Shown here: positions 40,869 to 50,796 of the stretch, in pieces
Layout of the letters: the number at the start of each line of letters is the position of its first letter
How positions within the stretch are numbered: position 1 is the stretch's first letter
DNA from: an uncultured Lachnospiraceae bacterium
GTDB lineage: Bacteria > Bacillota > Clostridia > Lachnospirales > Lachnospiraceae
Assembly: GCA_947173495.1 (NCBI GenBank)
Contig: CAMWFQ010000017.1
Location: forward strand, 19,018 to 83,017
Reading direction: 5' to 3'
Length of the DNA: 64,000 bases
Program-made: the position numbers and the translations under genes
The notes under the pieces: model-generated
What the model was told of the DNA's origin: nothing
The model's input: the letters and a program-made list of their open reading frames with translations, nothing else
The model's database searches: none

Positions 40869-42989
40869 CTAAATGACCTTGGTTCCTCTCTTTCTGTAAA
40901 AGATTATTTTGTTCACTCCATATCCACCTTCCTCTGGCGTAATCCGGGAAAAATTATCGCTATTGTTGATATAATCCCAAAAGGGTAACAAAGAATAATC
41001 GTGATAATCCAGACCGTTTTCAGGTAATAATATGGCGCCTATATTCAGTTTTTCAATCGCCATTTCTATCTCTTCGCTTGTCTTAGCCTGTATAAGATCT
41101 TCTGCATAGGGATGGTATAACAATTTAGGAGTTCCTTTTAAATAGAATAAGAGCACCTGATCATGAGTAAAAACATCACCATCCGTGACAGATGAAATAA
41201 TATCGGCCATTCTCTCATATTCATGGCGGGTATTTATACAAGCCTCAACATACGCCTTATTATATGTATTGCAACGTATTACTTCAGCACGAATAAAAAA
41301 CATAAGCATCACTATGCAAATAGCAAATGACATTCCAGTCAGAATCTTGGTGTTGTACCTTCTCGTTAAAAGCCATGAACCTGTTACCGCAAGCAATAAT
41401 AAAAAATACATCCTATATCGAAGTTGTTCTGCAAACCATAATGATACCTCCCACCCTATCCAATCCATAATTCCGGTCATTGGAAGCAGCATACCTATAA
41501 CCAGCAAGGAAAAAGACAAATTCTTCTTATTTTTCTCTCTCCATGCTGTTATTATCATTAGAATCAGTCCGATAATTCCGAGAAGCATCATAAATCTTAC
41601 AGACCATGTATATGTTGACCATATGGTTGATCTATCTGCTCTGTTACTATTTATAGCTGCAATTTGTTCAATCACAGGAGTGTCATGAAACGGCAAAAGC
41701 GTCCAACTTTTCATTCTACCCGTTGTAAGATAGATCGAGAGTGTTTTTGTTATCCCCAACAATGTACCAGCTAAGACTGATATACCACAAGATATTAGAT
41801 GTCTAATTGGTGTTTTCATTATCAGTAGTAATATCCCCACCACTATAAACATCCCGAGCATGATATAAACATTACCCTCATGGCCATTCATAGATAAATA
41901 GCAGAACAAAAACATGGCAACGTATTCAAACCATTTTCCACCGCCCATAGTGATATTTTCGATTTGATTTACTACGAAAATAACGAGTAGCATTAGTGAC
42001 GCAAACCTGAACGCATCCCTGGATCCAACCACCATTAGCATAGAATATGTGTATATATGGAATAAGACAAGAGACAAAACTCCTGCACGATATGTACCTC
42101 CGCCATATGACGCCAATATAAACAAAAAAATATCAAAGCAAAAATATACCCAAAATATTGTGATATTAACACATCTTAAGGAATCATCAATGCCTACTGT
42201 ATCGGCCACTATATTAGCATCTGCAAGATACATAATCCACAAAGGACCATGGTCATCAGGCATAGAAGAACCATATTTATCATCCGTATAGTTATCTACT
42301 TCCCAAGAATTCTTGTCCTCTAGGAAATATCTCGCATTAAGTTCATAATGTGCTCCGTCTGAATCTATTCCTGGTCTTCCAGTCATGGAGAGAGCATGTG
42401 CTGTTGCTGTACCGATTATAATCAGCAGAATCGTCAAATACGCATTTCTCTGAAGCGTTCCAACCTTTATCATCTTCAAGATCAGAAATATAACACCTAT
42501 AGCACATATGCATCCCCACAAACTAACTATTATTAATCCTACAGTATTCAATGAATGGTATATTTCTAATATATATATCTTCAGATTAATTCCATTATAT
42601 ATAAGCGAAAAGAGTAAAGTCACTCCAGTAGCAATAAATGCGTCAAAAATAAAGCAAAACCCTATTTTTCTAACGTATCCTATACAATACCTGAGTATTG
42701 ACCTGCAGGCTTCTATTGTAATAAGGTAATTTTTTTCTATAAATATATAAATCATCGCCCAAAAAATTGGCATAAAAGAATAGAACCAGCTATCCCAACC
42801 GATGAAAACTAGTCCAAGCAAATAATCTTCCAGACTCACCACCATTGGTGCAGATGCCACACCTATAATCATAGTTTGCCCATCCGTTAATTTCTTAAAC
42901 AGGCTCAATTTTATAAAAATTGTCCCGATTGCAAGCCCTAGGATCAACATTCTCATAAAATATAGAATCATTGTTAATATTTCTATCAT
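40869..42989 (-). CDS. Large multi-TM protein, probable GT-C glycosyltransferase
   Basis: 706 aa, DSDGAHY and DDHGPL loops, many TMs, soluble C-terminus. Confidence 0.55.
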   Translation of the reverse strand: MIEILTMILYFMRMLILGLAIGTIFIKLSLFKKLTDGQTMIIGVASAPMVVSLEDYLLGLVFIGWDSWFYSFMPIFWAMIYIFIEKNYLITIEACRSILRYCIGYVRKIGFCFIFDAFIATGVTLLFSLIYNGINLKIYILEIYHSLNTVGLIIVSLWGCICAIGVIFLILKMIKVGTLQRNAYLTILLIIIGTATAHALSMTGRPGIDSDGAHYELNARYFLEDKNSWEVDNYTDDKYGSSMPDDHGPLWIMYLADANIVADTVGIDDSLRCVNITIFWVYFCFDIFLFILASYGGGTYRAGVLSLVLFHIYTYSMLMVVGSRDAFRFASLMLLVIFVVNQIENITMGGGKWFEYVAMFLFCYLSMNGHEGNVYIMLGMFIVVGILLLIMKTPIRHLISCGISVLAGTLLGITKTLSIYLTTGRMKSWTLLPFHDTPVIEQIAAINSNRADRSTIWSTYTWSVRFMMLLGIIGLILMIITAWREKNKKNLSFSLLVIGMLLPMTGIMDWIGWEVSLWFAEQLRYRMYFLLLLAVTGSWLLTRRYNTKILTGMSFAICIVMLMFFIRAEVIRCNTYNKAYVEACINTRHEYERMADIISSVTDGDVFTHDQVLLFYLKGTPKLLYHPYAEDLIQAKTSEEIEMAIEKLNIGAILLPENGLDYHDYSLLPFWDYINNSDNFSRITPEEGGYGVNKIIFYRKRGTKVI

Positions 42990-43089
42990 TTCACATCACC
43001 TCCTTTATAATATTCTGTTTATAAATTAATTTAACTACCTACATTTTTAAAATTAGACTCTCTAATATTACTATATAGATAAAATATTA

Positions 43090-44934
43090 TCATTCTTGAC
43101 TCCACGATTTATAATACATTGATATCCTTCCGTCAAAATAGACATCATTTATGATAGAGAATTGGATGATATTCTTCAGCAATTTGACGGCAGCATTATC
43201 TCCGTTTCTAGCCAAGCTTATGATATTGTCCACAGTGCCATATTTATCAAGATTAAATATTCCGTTTTCCGATATATCATCACTATAGACTATATTGGGC
43301 AGGGAAGGATTCTCCAGCATTGCGTCATCCGCAAATTGGAATATATTGGTATATTTGGTTTTATGACCACCTAATTTCCCCCTGATAAAATTTAATACTG
43401 TCACGAAATCCGTAGTCACACAATGTGATTCCCTGACAGGTCTTCCTGTTTCTGAATGAGGACACGCTGCAGCTTTAGGATAATAGTCCTGTATCAAGCG
43501 TATATACAGACGCTGCCCATATCTATACGTTTGTGGAAGCGAATTAAAAAAGTTCACAACCCGATAATCATATACTGGGAGCCTGACCGGAATAAACTGA
43601 TCTGTAATCGCCATAGAAGGCATTGTGATTCTCCGCTCTATGGATCTAAGCTTCAGCCGCATTGTATAATTCCCAAATGTGATCCCTTTTTCAGCTTCGT
43701 TAATTGCTTTATTATAATCCTTTTTTAGTTCCTCCCAGGAATTTGTTATTATTGGACCATAATATTTCGTGTCATATGCAGGCTGTCTTCCTCGTGTAAT
43801 ATCTTTTAAGAGTCTTTTCTTATGTTTTTCTTTCCTTCTTTTGGTCATCTTAGCACTCATAAAGGGTATCAAGCCTGTGAAATTGCTCTTTTGTCCTGAA
43901 ATAGCATCTCCTCCGATCCCAGCCAATTCAACACTCTGCGCAATCTTGTACTTCTCCTTGGCGGCAGCTAACTGATAAAATTCTTCATGATGGCACTGCC
44001 CGCCCGTACGAATTACAGTTTCTCTTGCAATATCAGTATAGTCTAGTCCAGCAAAGTTCAAATAGTGATGGTCTGTGTTGTACGCTTTCGCAAGAGCACT
44101 TGCACCTACAACGTCACCGCTGTTAGGGCACCCAAAATTAAACGAAGAAACATTTTCCCCATCAAGAATCGCCAAAATGAGCCTCGAGTCAAACCCACCG
44201 CTTAAACCAATAATATTTGCCCTGGTGCTCTTTCTACATAGTACCGCATCTCTATATAAATCATTGAGTTCTCCCAGATAGTCCTTCTTCGATTTATTCT
44301 TTTTACCGTTGCATCTAGGCAATTCCCAATATGTATCCGTGCTAATCCCATTTTTGTTCACAATTATTCTCTGTGCTGGCAAAATATAATTCACATTCTT
44401 AAAAAAAGTTCTGTCTTCCAAGCAATAATCAAATGATAAGTATTCTGAAATCCCGATATAATCCGGCTCAAAGTCTTTCACCTGCCTTAACAACATTGGA
44501 TCCTGCGAAAAATAAAAACCCCTGTCATTTATTATTGTATAAAACACAGGATATATGCCAAATCTGTCATTATAAATCTTTAATTCTGAATTTTTTTTAT
44601 CATATATTGCAACGACAAATGCTCCGTTAAGGCTTTCTATTGCCTTCTCGCCTTTATCCGTCAGCAGTTTCCCTAATTCACTACCTGTTCTGACTGGATA
44701 ATCTTCTATTGAATTTGTATCATCATCGACGATGCCATACCCTTCACCAAAGAAAGCTATGACAAATTCCTCTGTTTCAAATATTGCATTTCCCCGCCAT
44801 GCAAGATCATAACATCCTATCTGACATTTGTCCCCATTCCATTCGTATCCGACATATTGCTCAGAAAACGCAGTCTCCGCGTGGTTAATGCGAATCTTTT
44901 TATTCATTGAAAAACAACCATATAGTCCTTGCAT
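43090..44934 (-). CDS. Asparagine synthetase B-like amidotransferase
   Basis: LNGAFVVAIYD..NDRFG..PVFY, GLSGGFDSR, LAGIGGD; no N-terminal Cys. Confidence 0.8.
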   Translation of the reverse strand: MQGLYGCFSMNKKIRINHAETAFSEQYVGYEWNGDKCQIGCYDLAWRGNAIFETEEFVIAFFGEGYGIVDDDTNSIEDYPVRTGSELGKLLTDKGEKAIESLNGAFVVAIYDKKNSELKIYNDRFGIYPVFYTIINDRGFYFSQDPMLLRQVKDFEPDYIGISEYLSFDYCLEDRTFFKNVNYILPAQRIIVNKNGISTDTYWELPRCNGKKNKSKKDYLGELNDLYRDAVLCRKSTRANIIGLSGGFDSRLILAILDGENVSSFNFGCPNSGDVVGASALAKAYNTDHHYLNFAGLDYTDIARETVIRTGGQCHHEEFYQLAAAKEKYKIAQSVELAGIGGDAISGQKSNFTGLIPFMSAKMTKRRKEKHKKRLLKDITRGRQPAYDTKYYGPIITNSWEELKKDYNKAINEAEKGITFGNYTMRLKLRSIERRITMPSMAITDQFIPVRLPVYDYRVVNFFNSLPQTYRYGQRLYIRLIQDYYPKAAACPHSETGRPVRESHCVTTDFVTVLNFIRGKLGGHKTKYTNIFQFADDAMLENPSLPNIVYSDDISENGIFNLDKYGTVDNIISLARNGDNAAVKLLKNIIQFSIINDVYFDGRISMYYKSWSQE

Positions 44935-44990
44935 TTGTTATTCCTCCCTTCAAAAACTCTCACTTAATATTGATTCTATCTCGTCATTTA

Positions 44991-46469
44991 TTAGTATTCG
45001 ACACTTAACTGCAAATTCTGTCCACCACATTTTGCATCAACTACTAAAATTCCGTGCTCACCGATTGGCAAATCAAAGGATTTGTTCTCATCATATTCCT
45101 GAATCACTTCAGAATATTTTTCTACCTCTGTTTTCTCGTCGATTACTGTTCTAATAATTCTATACTCCATATCATTTCTGTTAGAAGCGACAGAATAATG
45201 TCTGGCGGAATAAATCGGACTGCCATCTGTATTAATATTGCTCGTAGGGCCTATATCCCTGTAATATAGTCCATATATTTCAGGTTCCTCGCTGGACAAT
45301 TTTCCTTCATAAGATTCAAAAAACCTGACGCTATTTTCTTCTTTTGTTCCACTCAACACATTCCATAATACCGGCGTGAACAATTCTTGGCCTCTACCAT
45401 TAAGATGACCAATATCCATAAACAGATCCCCGTCTTTTATGTCAAGATAATCATCCTTAATCAGATTAAAATCATATATTTCAATTCTATACTCATCTGC
45501 TATATTTTTAAGCTCACAAATATATTTGTCATAATCCTCTGTACTTATTAGCTGCAAATCATAAACAGGTGAAATATACATCTTTGTATTTATCCCCTTC
45601 TCCTGCAACATTTCAAGGGGTTTCCTTATATATTTTTCGCTATTATTTCCTATCCCATATCTGTTAAAATTCCTGTCAGCCTCTAATAATTTTTCCTGAT
45701 CCAATAATCTCAAATTTTCAGAAAACCAAATTCCTTTCTCGTAATATTCTACAAACCCAGCCGTGCCATCCACATCTACCAAGTTTTCATGATATGTACC
45801 GTCATTAAACTCATCACTGTTCTTTATCTCAATATTAGTTTTTATTTGCTCCCAGTTAAAGATATTTTGCCTATACCGTACAAATGGAAAAATTGTTTCC
45901 AGCATATGTTCCTCATCAGATGAATTCAACAACATAATAAAGGAATTATAGGATGGTTTCATTTCATACGTAATAAGCCATGGTCTTGAAAAATTATCCG
46001 GGGAATCCATCCAATCCACGACTTGATATTCTTCAATTTCCTTATCCCAAATCTCATATTCCGTACTCATCCTATGATAACATTCCAGATATACACTTTT
46101 TATATCATATCTCTCTATCGCATCCTTTAATAAATAATAAGTGTTATCCCATCTCTGTCCAGGAGTAGCCAGATTAAAATTATTCTCTCCATTAATATTA
46201 TCAAGTATGCGGGGGTCAATATCACAATATACATGAGATGACCCCAGAAAAATATTATCAATATTGTCTTGATCATAGTATGATTTGAACAATATTCTAT
46301 GATAAGGGTCATATGTCACATACATATAGTTCAGCCTATTGCATATTGATAGCAAGATAATAATTCCTAGCAAAGTCTCTACTACAGGTTTTATTATTCG
46401 AACCAGTATGCTTCTAAAATTGAAAGTAGATAAAGTTTTGTGTATCATACTCTGTTCCATAACATCCAA
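44991..46469 (-). CDS. SGNH-like partner of MBOAT with C-terminal extension
   Basis: FLGSSHV, NLATPGQ, FMDIGHLN; start uncertain, overlaps the MBOAT 3' end. Confidence 0.7.
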   Translation of the reverse strand: MDVMEQSMIHKTLSTFNFRSILVRIIKPVVETLLGIIILLSICNRLNYMYVTYDPYHRILFKSYYDQDNIDNIFLGSSHVYCDIDPRILDNINGENNFNLATPGQRWDNTYYLLKDAIERYDIKSVYLECYHRMSTEYEIWDKEIEEYQVVDWMDSPDNFSRPWLITYEMKPSYNSFIMLLNSSDEEHMLETIFPFVRYRQNIFNWEQIKTNIEIKNSDEFNDGTYHENLVDVDGTAGFVEYYEKGIWFSENLRLLDQEKLLEADRNFNRYGIGNNSEKYIRKPLEMLQEKGINTKMYISPVYDLQLISTEDYDKYICELKNIADEYRIEIYDFNLIKDDYLDIKDGDLFMDIGHLNGRGQELFTPVLWNVLSGTKEENSVRFFESYEGKLSSEEPEIYGLYYRDIGPTSNINTDGSPIYSARHYSVASNRNDMEYRIIRTVIDEKTEVEKYSEVIQEYDENKSFDLPIGEHGILVVDAKCGGQNLQLSVEY

Positions 46470-47891
46470 ATAAAATAATATATAATAATAATCCGATTAT
46501 AGAAATGGTTCTGAACCACCAGTGCTGATTAAAAAAAGCCTCTATTACATCTTTCCCCATATATTTTTGATAATCCACAATTCCAAGGATCATGATTGCA
46601 ATTATGACAACATTACAATACTCTCTTGTAATTTCCATATCAAATAAAGATCCATCAAGTAAAACCAGCCAATCCCCGTGACTTATCTTCCCCTTTAAAA
46701 TTATTCTTAATAATGGCAAATTGCCTGCTCTGAAAAGTAGCCATGCAAAACATACCATGACAAACGTAAGAATCACTTTCAGAACTCTATCCGAAAAAGT
46801 GACCCCTGTTTCGCCAAGATCAAAAATCCTACGCACCTTACAACAAATCCCGCTTATAAAAAACTCAAGGATCTGATATATCCCATGCAGTCCTCCCCAT
46901 ACCACAAATGCAAGGCTGGCACCATGCCATAATCCGCTTATGGCAAATACCACCATTAGGTTCACATATTTTCTGATAATGCCATTTCTATTGCCTCCCA
47001 ACGGGATATATAAGTAGTCCCTGAACCATGTTGAAAGGGAAATATGCCATCTTCTCCAAAACTCCTTAATGCTCTTAGAATAATAGGGAGCGTTGAAATT
47101 ATCCATCAATTTAATTCCCATCGTAAGTGCGGTGCCTCTTGCTATAGTTGAATATCCGTAAAAATCGCAATATATCTGTATGGAGAAAAGAACGGTTGCA
47201 ATTACAATATAGACTCCCTGATATTTATCCGGCTTGTCAAACACCATATCTACAAATACGGCAATCCTGTCAGCTATTACGACCTTAAGGAAAAAACCAT
47301 AAAGCATTATGAGAAGACCTCTCCTTAAATTCTCATAGCTGAACCTGCCTGGCATAGCAAGCTGTTTTAGAAGATTTTTTGAACGCTCAATAGGTCCTGC
47401 TACGAGCTGTGGAAAAAACGCTATAAAAAGAGCATACCTGAAAAAATTTCGTTCTGCATATATCTCCTCCCTGTAAACGTCAATTAAATAGCCTATAGCT
47501 TGCAACGTAAAAAAAGATATTCCTACAGGAAGGATAATCAAATTTTCCCACGGTATTTCTTTTTTCCCCACTAAAGCCATAATTTTATTCAAATACTCTA
47601 TAAGCATATTGGCATATTTGAAATACCCTAATACAGCCAGATTTACGAATATTATAAAATACAGGCATATTTTCCTTTCTCTTACTTCATGTATTTTATT
47701 TAAAAGCAATCCGCCTATATATGTAACAACTGTAGAAAAAAACAAAAGTAATACATACTGTGGATTCCATTGCATATAAAAGTAATAGCTTACTCCCAAA
47801 AGCCATAAATATCGATATTTCGAGGGGATAATGTAATACCCCCCCATGCTATCGGAAAAAAAATTAAAAACTGGCTTGAATTAAATAGCAT
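46414..47891 (-). pseudogene. MBOAT O-acyltransferase frameshifted near its 5' end (G7/T8 tracts)
   Basis: RBS-preceded ATG at 47891 encodes MLFNSSQFLIFFPIA but is 1 nt out of frame with the 47847-46414 ORF, which carries all MBOAT motifs. Confidence 0.75.
47839..47863 (-). repeat. Homopolymer tracts G7 (47839-47845) and T8 (47856-47863) on the coding strand
   Basis: Counted directly; both lie at the frameshift site. Confidence 0.85.
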
Positions 47892-47958
47892 TTTGCATCT
47901 CCATAATATACGCCTTTAGCCATTTTTATCTATCTACGTTTGATAACAACAAAATTGC

Positions 47959-49068
47959 TCATCCCACAAAATATCCTCCATCACTATAAAGATATTTTTC
48001 TCTTCGCTTACCTCTTGGATCCAAAGCTGTCAAATCGCTGTTTTCCATTAATACACTCTCTTTATTTCTTATGGCATAAATCCTATAAATGACAACGTTC
48101 ATTTCTTCTCCAATAGTAACAGCGCGTCTCTCCATAGATCTATGTGTTATAAGTTCAGTTCCATTAACATCAATCTTAAGTTCCAGATGATTTCCTCTAA
48201 ACATGATGTCTTTTATTACACCTCTCTGTGCATAAGGAATGATATCTTTAAAATGTATATTGTCATTTTTAAATGCCTCTACAAACTCAGGTCTGACTAT
48301 TGCATAATCAAAATCAGCCTTGTCAAATCCCCGCAATCTTTCAAAATCTCTTACCACCACAGGTTCGCCTACAAATTCTGACACAAAAGCTGTTTTTGGC
48401 CTCTTATAAATCTCATATGGCGTACCACTCTGTTCTATACGCCCCTTATTGGTGACAATAATTTGGTCGGCGACCTCTACAGCTTCGTCCTGATCATGTG
48501 TAACAAAAATACTTGTAATCTCGACTTTGTGAATCATATCCCGAAGCCACTGCCTCAATTCCTTCCTTACCTTAGCATCGATGGCTGCAAATGGCTCATC
48601 CAGAAGCAGCAATTCTGGTTCAGGCGCTATTGCTCTCGCAAATGCTACCCTTTGTTTCTGACCACCTGACAGCTCGTTTGGAAATCTTTTTTCTAATCCT
48701 TCTAATTCTGTCAGTTTCAAAAGCTCATGGACTCGCTCTTTTATCTTTTTCCTCGGCTCTTTCTTTACATCCAGCCCAAATGCTATATTATCATATACAT
48801 TCATATAACGGAACAAGGCATAATTCTGAAAGACAAACCCGACCCCCCTGTGAGCCGGTGGTAAATTGTTTACTTCTTTCCCGTCAATACAAATCTCTCC
48901 GGAATCTGCCGACTCAAGTCCTGCAATCATACGCAGTATGGTCGTCTTTCCACTTCCACTTGGTCCCAGTAATGCTACAAGCTTCCCTTTCTCGATCCCA
49001 AAGCATATGTCCTTAGAGGCCTGAAAGTTGCCAAAGGTTTTATTTACATTTTTTAACTCGACGTGCAT
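47959..49068 (-). CDS. cysA: Sulfate ABC transporter ATP-binding subunit
   Basis: GPSGSGKT, LSGGQKQR, LLDEPF, FVTHDQDEA; follows cysT/cysW. Confidence 0.9.
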   Translation of the reverse strand: MHVELKNVNKTFGNFQASKDICFGIEKGKLVALLGPSGSGKTTILRMIAGLESADSGEICIDGKEVNNLPPAHRGVGFVFQNYALFRYMNVYDNIAFGLDVKKEPRKKIKERVHELLKLTELEGLEKRFPNELSGGQKQRVAFARAIAPEPELLLLDEPFAAIDAKVRKELRQWLRDMIHKVEITSIFVTHDQDEAVEVADQIIVTNKGRIEQSGTPYEIYKRPKTAFVSEFVGEPVVVRDFERLRGFDKADFDYAIVRPEFVEAFKNDNIHFKDIIPYAQRGVIKDIMFRGNHLELKIDVNGTELITHRSMERRAVTIGEEMNVVIYRIYAIRNKESVLMENSDLTALDPRGKRREKYLYSDGGYFVG

Positions 49069-49072
49069 AGGT

Positions 49073-49936
49073 TCAGTCCTTTACATTTTTCTCCTTCAAC
49101 AAAGAGTTTACATGGTTTGTCTTATATTCCAACACATTTCTCGCAATTAAAAGTATCACTGCAAAAATAACCAGAACGGATGATGCAGCATAGGCCTCCA
49201 CAATAGAATCAGCAGACCCCGCCATATACAGCGCATCTATCTCCAATGGCAACGTGAAGGTCTTTCCCCGCGTCTTGGAAAGTGCATTTACCGCTCCGAA
49301 TTCGCCAATCGCCCTGGCAGTACAAAGCACAACTCCATATGCCAAAGCCCATCTAATATGTGGGAAAGTAATCTTCTTGAATATCTTAAACCCACCAGCC
49401 CCCATCAATGCTGCCGCCTCTTCTTCGTCTGTTCCAACGGAATTAAGCACAGGTATTATCTCCCTTGAAACAAACGGAAATGTGACAAATATTGTAGCCA
49501 GCACAACTCCCGGTATGGCAAAGACTATCTTGATATTCCATCCCGTTATACTATTGACTGCATCTACTATTGGTGCAGCCCATCCCATTCTTCCAAACAT
49601 CATGATAAAAGCCAATCCTGCAATGACAGGTGAAATGGAAAAAGGTATATCGATAAGCGTTGCGAGAACCTGCTTCCCTTTGAAAGAATACCTTGTCAGA
49701 AGCCATGCCGCAGCCAGACCAAAAACTGTATTCACACCTACAGTAATCAATGTAACAAATAGTGTAAGTCTGATAGCAGACATTACATTCGTCGTTGATA
49801 TAGATTTCACATAAAACTCCCACCCTTTGCTCAGAGAATTTACAATTACAGACAAGAGCGGCAGTATAAGCATAAGGGAGACAAACAAGGTGCTTATAAT
49901 TATCATGGGCTTTCGAAAGCTTTTCTTGCTATACAT
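49073..49936 (-). CDS. cysW: Sulfate ABC transporter permease
   Basis: LIDIPFSISPVIAG, FVTFPFVSRE, ARAIGEFG. Confidence 0.9.
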   Translation of the reverse strand: MYSKKSFRKPMIIISTLFVSLMLILPLLSVIVNSLSKGWEFYVKSISTTNVMSAIRLTLFVTLITVGVNTVFGLAAAWLLTRYSFKGKQVLATLIDIPFSISPVIAGLAFIMMFGRMGWAAPIVDAVNSITGWNIKIVFAIPGVVLATIFVTFPFVSREIIPVLNSVGTDEEEAAALMGAGGFKIFKKITFPHIRWALAYGVVLCTARAIGEFGAVNALSKTRGKTFTLPLEIDALYMAGSADSIVEAYAASSVLVIFAVILLIARNVLEYKTNHVNSLLKEKNVKD

Positions 49937-50792
49937 TGTTTGTCCTCCTAGACTGCTGCATTTGCATAATATTCATAGAGAGCAGGATAATAAATGATAC
50001 AATAAGCATCACAAGCGCCACAGCAGTTGCTCCTGCATAATCCATATAATTTAGTTTCTGCATGATTACATAAGAAATTACCTGTGTGTGCTCCTTTGCA
50101 CTGTTTCCCGATATGTAGATGACACTTCCGTATTCCCCTATTCCCCTCGCAAAAGCCAACCCGAACCCTGTCAAAAGTGCGGGAGTCAGCTCTGGTAGAA
50201 TAACACGTCTAAATGTGTACAGTCGTCCTGCGCCAAGCACATGTGCCGCTTCCTCATATTGATAGTCTAACTTTTCCAGAACAGGCTGCACCGTCCTGAC
50301 GACAAACGGTATGCCTACGAATATAAGTGCTGTAATAATCCCAAGATATGTATAGGAAACATCCAGCCCTATCGCCGAAAGATATTTCCCTGGGAATCCT
50401 GTGTTTGAATACATTTTAGACAAGGTAATTCCTGCTACTGCTGTCGGCAGGGCAAAAGGAAGCTCGATCAGCCCGTCTATCAGTCTCCTGTGCACAAATT
50501 TATATCTTACCAACGTCCAAGCAAGTATCACACCAAAGATACAGTTAATAAGCGCGGCTACAAAAGAACAGACAATACTCGTTAGAAAGGCAAATTTCAC
50601 GCTTTCGGAAGTCATTATCTGCCAGAATTCTGTTAGGGATAGAGAAAAGCTATATACCAGTATTGATGCAACAGGAATCAATATAAACAGCGAAAGCATA
50701 GTGACAGTAATCCCCATCGTAAGTCCAAATCCCGGGATTATGTGCCCTGCATGCATCATTCTTCTGTCTTGCTTAGCTTTATATCCTCTCAA
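49929..50792 (-). CDS. cysT: Sulfate ABC transporter permease
   Basis: IPGFGL, LPFALPTAVAG, PFVVRTVQPV, ARGIGEYGSV; exact start uncertain. Confidence 0.9.
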   Translation of the reverse strand: MRGYKAKQDRRMMHAGHIIPGFGLTMGITVTMLSLFILIPVASILVYSFSLSLTEFWQIMTSESVKFAFLTSIVCSFVAALINCIFGVILAWTLVRYKFVHRRLIDGLIELPFALPTAVAGITLSKMYSNTGFPGKYLSAIGLDVSYTYLGIITALIFVGIPFVVRTVQPVLEKLDYQYEEAAHVLGAGRLYTFRRVILPELTPALLTGFGLAFARGIGEYGSVIYISGNSAKEHTQVISYVIMQKLNYMDYAGATAVALVMLIVSFIILLSMNIMQMQQSRRTNNV

Positions 50793-50796
50793 AATC

